The notes under the pieces are model-generated. The model was not told where the DNA came from. It did no database searches and saw nothing but the letters and a program-made list of their open reading frames with translations. This document shows positions 15,376 through 18,123 of a stretch of DNA of 18,123 bases, piece after piece. Made by a program: the position numbers and the translations under genes. This stretch comes from Bacteriovoracaceae bacterium (lineage in GTDB: Bacteria; Bdellovibrionota; Bacteriovoracia; Bacteriovoracales; Bacteriovoracaceae), in NCBI GenBank assembly GCA_041586955.1, contig JBFGZE010000071.1, positions 1 through 18,123 of the forward strand. Direction: 5' to 3'. How positions within the stretch are numbered: the first letter of the stretch is position 1; the number at the start of each line of letters is the position of its first letter.

Positions 15376-16140
15376 ATGGTCAAATTAAGTATTGCTATTA
15401 TCACATTTAATGAAGAGCATAATATTGCTCGTTGCTTGGAATCGGTTAAGGACATTGCCGATGAAGTGATCGTGGTTGATTCTTTCTCTCAAGATAAAAC
15501 TGCGGCCATATGTCGGGAATATGGCGTACAATTGAGTCAGAGAGAATTTCCAGGCCATATCGAGCAAAAAAATCACGCTCTTTCTTTATGCACTCATCCC
15601 TATATTCTTTCTCTTGATGCTGATGAGGCCTTAAGTTCTGACTTGCGAGATTCCATTAAAAGAGTAAAAGAAAATTGGCAGGGAGCGGGATATTGCTTTA
15701 ATCGCTTAACAAATTATGCCGGTCATTGGGTACGTCATTGTGGTTGGTATCCCGATCGCAAATTGCGCTTAATCAAAAAAGATCAGGCGCAATGGCAGGG
15801 TGTGAATCCACATGATATTTTAAAATTGAAGGATGGACAAAAAGAGACATGGATTCCAGGGGATCTTTACCACTATAGTTATGACTCTATTTCAGACCAT
15901 ATCCGCCAAACAAATAAATTTACGACAATTGCGGCTAAGGCCTCATTTGAAAAAGGTGTGCGCTCTAGCCAATTTAAAATTATCACAAGACCAATTCTTA
16001 AATTTTTGCGCGATTATATTTTTAAGCTTGGATTTTTAGATGGCCGCTATGGTTTTATCATTTGTTATATCAACGCTCTAAGTGCCTTTTTGAAGTATGC
16101 CAAAATAAAAGAACTCGAGTTAAACAAACCAATTGATTAA
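15376..16140 (+). CDS. GT2 glycosyltransferase, WaaE/KdtX/LgtF-like LPS core glucosyltransferase
   Basis: LSIAIITFNEE, VVDSFSQDKT, QKNHAL, LSLDADE, GWYPD..LRL, H-YSY and GFLDGRYG motifs. Confidence 0.9.
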   Translation: MVKLSIAIITFNEEHNIARCLESVKDIADEVIVVDSFSQDKTAAICREYGVQLSQREFPGHIEQKNHALSLCTHPYILSLDADEALSSDLRDSIKRVKENWQGAGYCFNRLTNYAGHWVRHCGWYPDRKLRLIKKDQAQWQGVNPHDILKLKDGQKETWIPGDLYHYSYDSISDHIRQTNKFTTIAAKASFEKGVRSSQFKIITRPILKFLRDYIFKLGFLDGRYGFIICYINALSAFLKYAKIKELELNKPID

Positions 16141-17510
16141 AACTGAGGTTTTTCTTCTTTTTCAATATCTTTCAAAATACGGTAGAGAACAGATTTTGAA
16201 ACCTTCAATTTTCGTCCCACCTCATTAATTTTTCCATGATTCTCTTTTAGCGCCATGGTGATGGCCTCGGTTTCAATCGCCTTGACCAATGCGGGTAGGC
16301 CATATTCCATAAGGTAATTCTTTAATAATGGTGAAAATAAATTCTTTTTATCCTCAATATTACCAAAGGGATTTTCATTTTGCTGGATATGCTCGGGAAG
16401 TTGCTCGACTTGAATAAGCCCCTCCGAGGTCTCTAATAGGCCATCGATTAAACTTTTGAGCTCTCGAATATTCCCATACCACTTATAATTTTTCAAAACA
16501 TTAATAGTTGCTGTGTGAAAGGCCAATTTTTGAGGAGACTTTTGAAGAAAGTAGTGGATGAGAGGAACAATATCTTCTTTTCTCTCACTCAATGGCGGTA
16601 CATTTAATTCGACACCTTTGATGCGAAAATAGAAATCGAGACGGAACATATTTTTTTCAATTAAAGGGCCCATCTCATCACAGGAGGCCGAAATGAGTCG
16701 AAAGGAGGAGCGTCGCATTTCATTGCAGCCAAGAGGAGTGAAGCATTTTTCCTCAATCACGCGCAATAATTTCTTTTGAATGGTTAAAGGCATGACTCCA
16801 ATCTCATCGAGAAAAAGTGTTCCACCATTTGCCTGCTCTAAAAGACCTTTGCGGTCTTCGTGGGCGTCGGTAAAGGCACCTTTCTTATGGCCAAAGAGAG
16901 TTGACTCCAAAAGGTTTTCAGGGATTTCGTTGAGATTGATATGAACGAATGGACGATTTTCCTCGTGAGTTTGGTGGATGAATTTTGCAAATTGAGTTTT
17001 TCCAACACCTGTTGGCCCTGTTATGAGGACCCGCTGATTGGGATTTTTTGTGGCCTTCAGTATATGTAAGATATTATCTAAAAAGATTTTATTTTTAGTG
17101 GGGTATTGTTGCTGAATGAGCTCTAAATTGCGGTTATTGAGGCGACTTTCAATAAGAGGAATTATCTGAGTTTCTAAAACTTGGGAGACATTGGTTTTTG
17201 AAAAATAATAATGGCATCCCGCTTCGAAGCTCGATTGAATCGCCTCTTCACCTTGTTCTCCACTGAAAACAATGGGGGTAATCCCTTTAATTTTACATTC
17301 TTTAATGATTTTTAGGCCCTGGAGGACATCAGAATTTTCATCTAAATTAAGGTCAATAAGAGCGAGGTCAAAAGCGTGAGAGCTGATTAAAAGACGTGCT
17401 TGGGCATAATTTCGAGTATCGATAATAGACCCAAAAGAAGCGAGGGAGAGCTTTAAGGTTTCTCTTAGCGAGTCCTCATTCTCCACAATTAATATCCGTA
17501 AGTGTTTCAC
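16137..17510 (-). CDS. NtrC-family sigma54-interacting response regulator (REC + AAA+ + Fis-type HTH); probable GTG start at 17510
   Basis: REC motifs ILIVENE, ALIDLNL, VFSG. AAA+ motifs are Walker A GPTGVGKT, LFGHKKGAFTDA, Walker B TLFLDE, FRLDFYFRI and WYGNIREL. C-terminal HTH LKVSKSVLYR. GGAGG lies 7 nt before GTG 17510. Confidence 0.92.
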   Translation of the reverse strand: MKHLRILIVENEDSLRETLKLSLASFGSIIDTRNYAQARLLISSHAFDLALIDLNLDENSDVLQGLKIIKECKIKGITPIVFSGEQGEEAIQSSFEAGCHYYFSKTNVSQVLETQIIPLIESRLNNRNLELIQQQYPTKNKIFLDNILHILKATKNPNQRVLITGPTGVGKTQFAKFIHQTHEENRPFVHINLNEIPENLLESTLFGHKKGAFTDAHEDRKGLLEQANGGTLFLDEIGVMPLTIQKKLLRVIEEKCFTPLGCNEMRRSSFRLISASCDEMGPLIEKNMFRLDFYFRIKGVELNVPPLSERKEDIVPLIHYFLQKSPQKLAFHTATINVLKNYKWYGNIRELKSLIDGLLETSEGLIQVEQLPEHIQQNENPFGNIEDKKNLFSPLLKNYLMEYGLPALVKAIETEAITMALKENHGKINEVGRKLKVSKSVLYRILKDIEKEEKPQF

Positions 17511-17582
17511 TACTTCTCCTCCAATCAAACTAGTCGGTTCTATACCAAACCAGCATTGTAGGCAAGGTAGGAGGAATATATT

Positions 17583-18123
17583 CTAGTCAAGGTCCACTTT
17601 TTCAGTAGTTAGGATCACTCCGTGCTCTCTTTTGGCCTTAATATGGAATTCAAATGTGCCCAATTTTGAGCGTAAATTAGAAAGATGGGCATCGAGTGTT
17701 TTGGGTTTGACGTTGGTCCCGCCCCAAATGGAATTTAATAATTCATTACGGGGAATATAAGTATCAGGCCTTTCTAAAAGCTTGCCTAATAATTGGGTTT
17801 CTTTGGCGGTGAGCTCTATTAATTGTCCGTTTAACGTACAATAATTAAGCTCACGGTCTAAAGTAAGGGAGCCTAAGCTTAAGGTTTTTTCCTGCACTTT
17901 TTGGCGAATACGATTAGAGAGCACGGCCTTTAAGGCCTCTGGATCAACCGGTTTGTCTAGAATATCGTCAATACCCACTTCATGGGCATCGATATAATTA
18001 TAGTCTTTGTAACCAGTAATAAAAATGAGGGTCGATTTCTTATTTTTTCTTTTTATCGCGCCGAAAACGTGAAAGCCATCTTTGATAGGCATATGAATAT
18101 CGAGAATGATGGCGTCGTAATCA
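17583..18123 (-). CDS. OmpR/PhoB-family response regulator, 5'-truncated by the window edge
   Basis: The frame stays open upstream of the listed Met and reads DYDAIILDIHMP (phosphoacceptor Asp at 18099-18101). It also has FITG, KPVD and a winged helix LTAKE..LL...IWG...LDAHLSNLRSKL. Confidence 0.92.
   Translation of the reverse strand, partial: DYDAIILDIHMPIKDGFHVFGAIKRKNKKSTLIFITGYKDYNYIDAHEVGIDDILDKPVDPEALKAVLSNRIRQKVQEKTLSLGSLTLDRELNYCTLNGQLIELTAKETQLLGKLLERPDTYIPRNELLNSIWGGTNVKPKTLDAHLSNLRSKLGTFEFHIKAKREHGVILTTEKVDLD

Noticed and set aside
371..16039. The many 61-103 aa ORFs in the six-frame track (e.g. 371-571, 888-1082, 3901-4212, 9743-9988, 14057-14278)
   Set aside because: All overlap well-supported longer genes on the opposite strand or in another frame and show no recognisable motifs, so they are treated as shadow ORFs.
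1..18123. tRNA/rRNA genes, IS elements, integrases, prophage genes, CRISPR arrays
   Set aside because: None recognised. Intergenic spaces are short and nearly all sequence is accounted for by protein-coding genes.

Overview
AT-rich bacterial chromosomal window from a Gram-negative (LPS-producing) organism; the taxon cannot be fixed from this sequence alone. From left to right it holds the 5' end of a divergent gene and a bacterioferritin-like gene. Next is a tight two-gene unit: a PhcB-like SAM methyltransferase with a PilZ-like N-terminus, followed by a 6-TM class III adenylyl cyclase with a C-terminal Zn-ribbon-like tail. A ~9.7 kb block follows, encoding a DPM1-like GT2, two SAM methyltransferases and five GT-C-type membrane glycosyltransferases (two ArnT/PMT-like, two DUF2079-like, one PIG-B/Alg9-like). 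The right end has a 1-Cys peroxiredoxin, LPS-core GT9 and GT2 genes, an NtrC-family regulator and a truncated OmpR-family regulator. The best candidate for an undescribed system is the methyltransferase + membrane cyclase pair: it looks like a Ralstonia phcB/phcS-type lipid-methyl-ester signalling module whose output is cAMP rather than a phosphorelay. No RNA genes, mobile elements or CRISPR arrays were seen. All family assignments come from reading motifs by eye, not from database searches.
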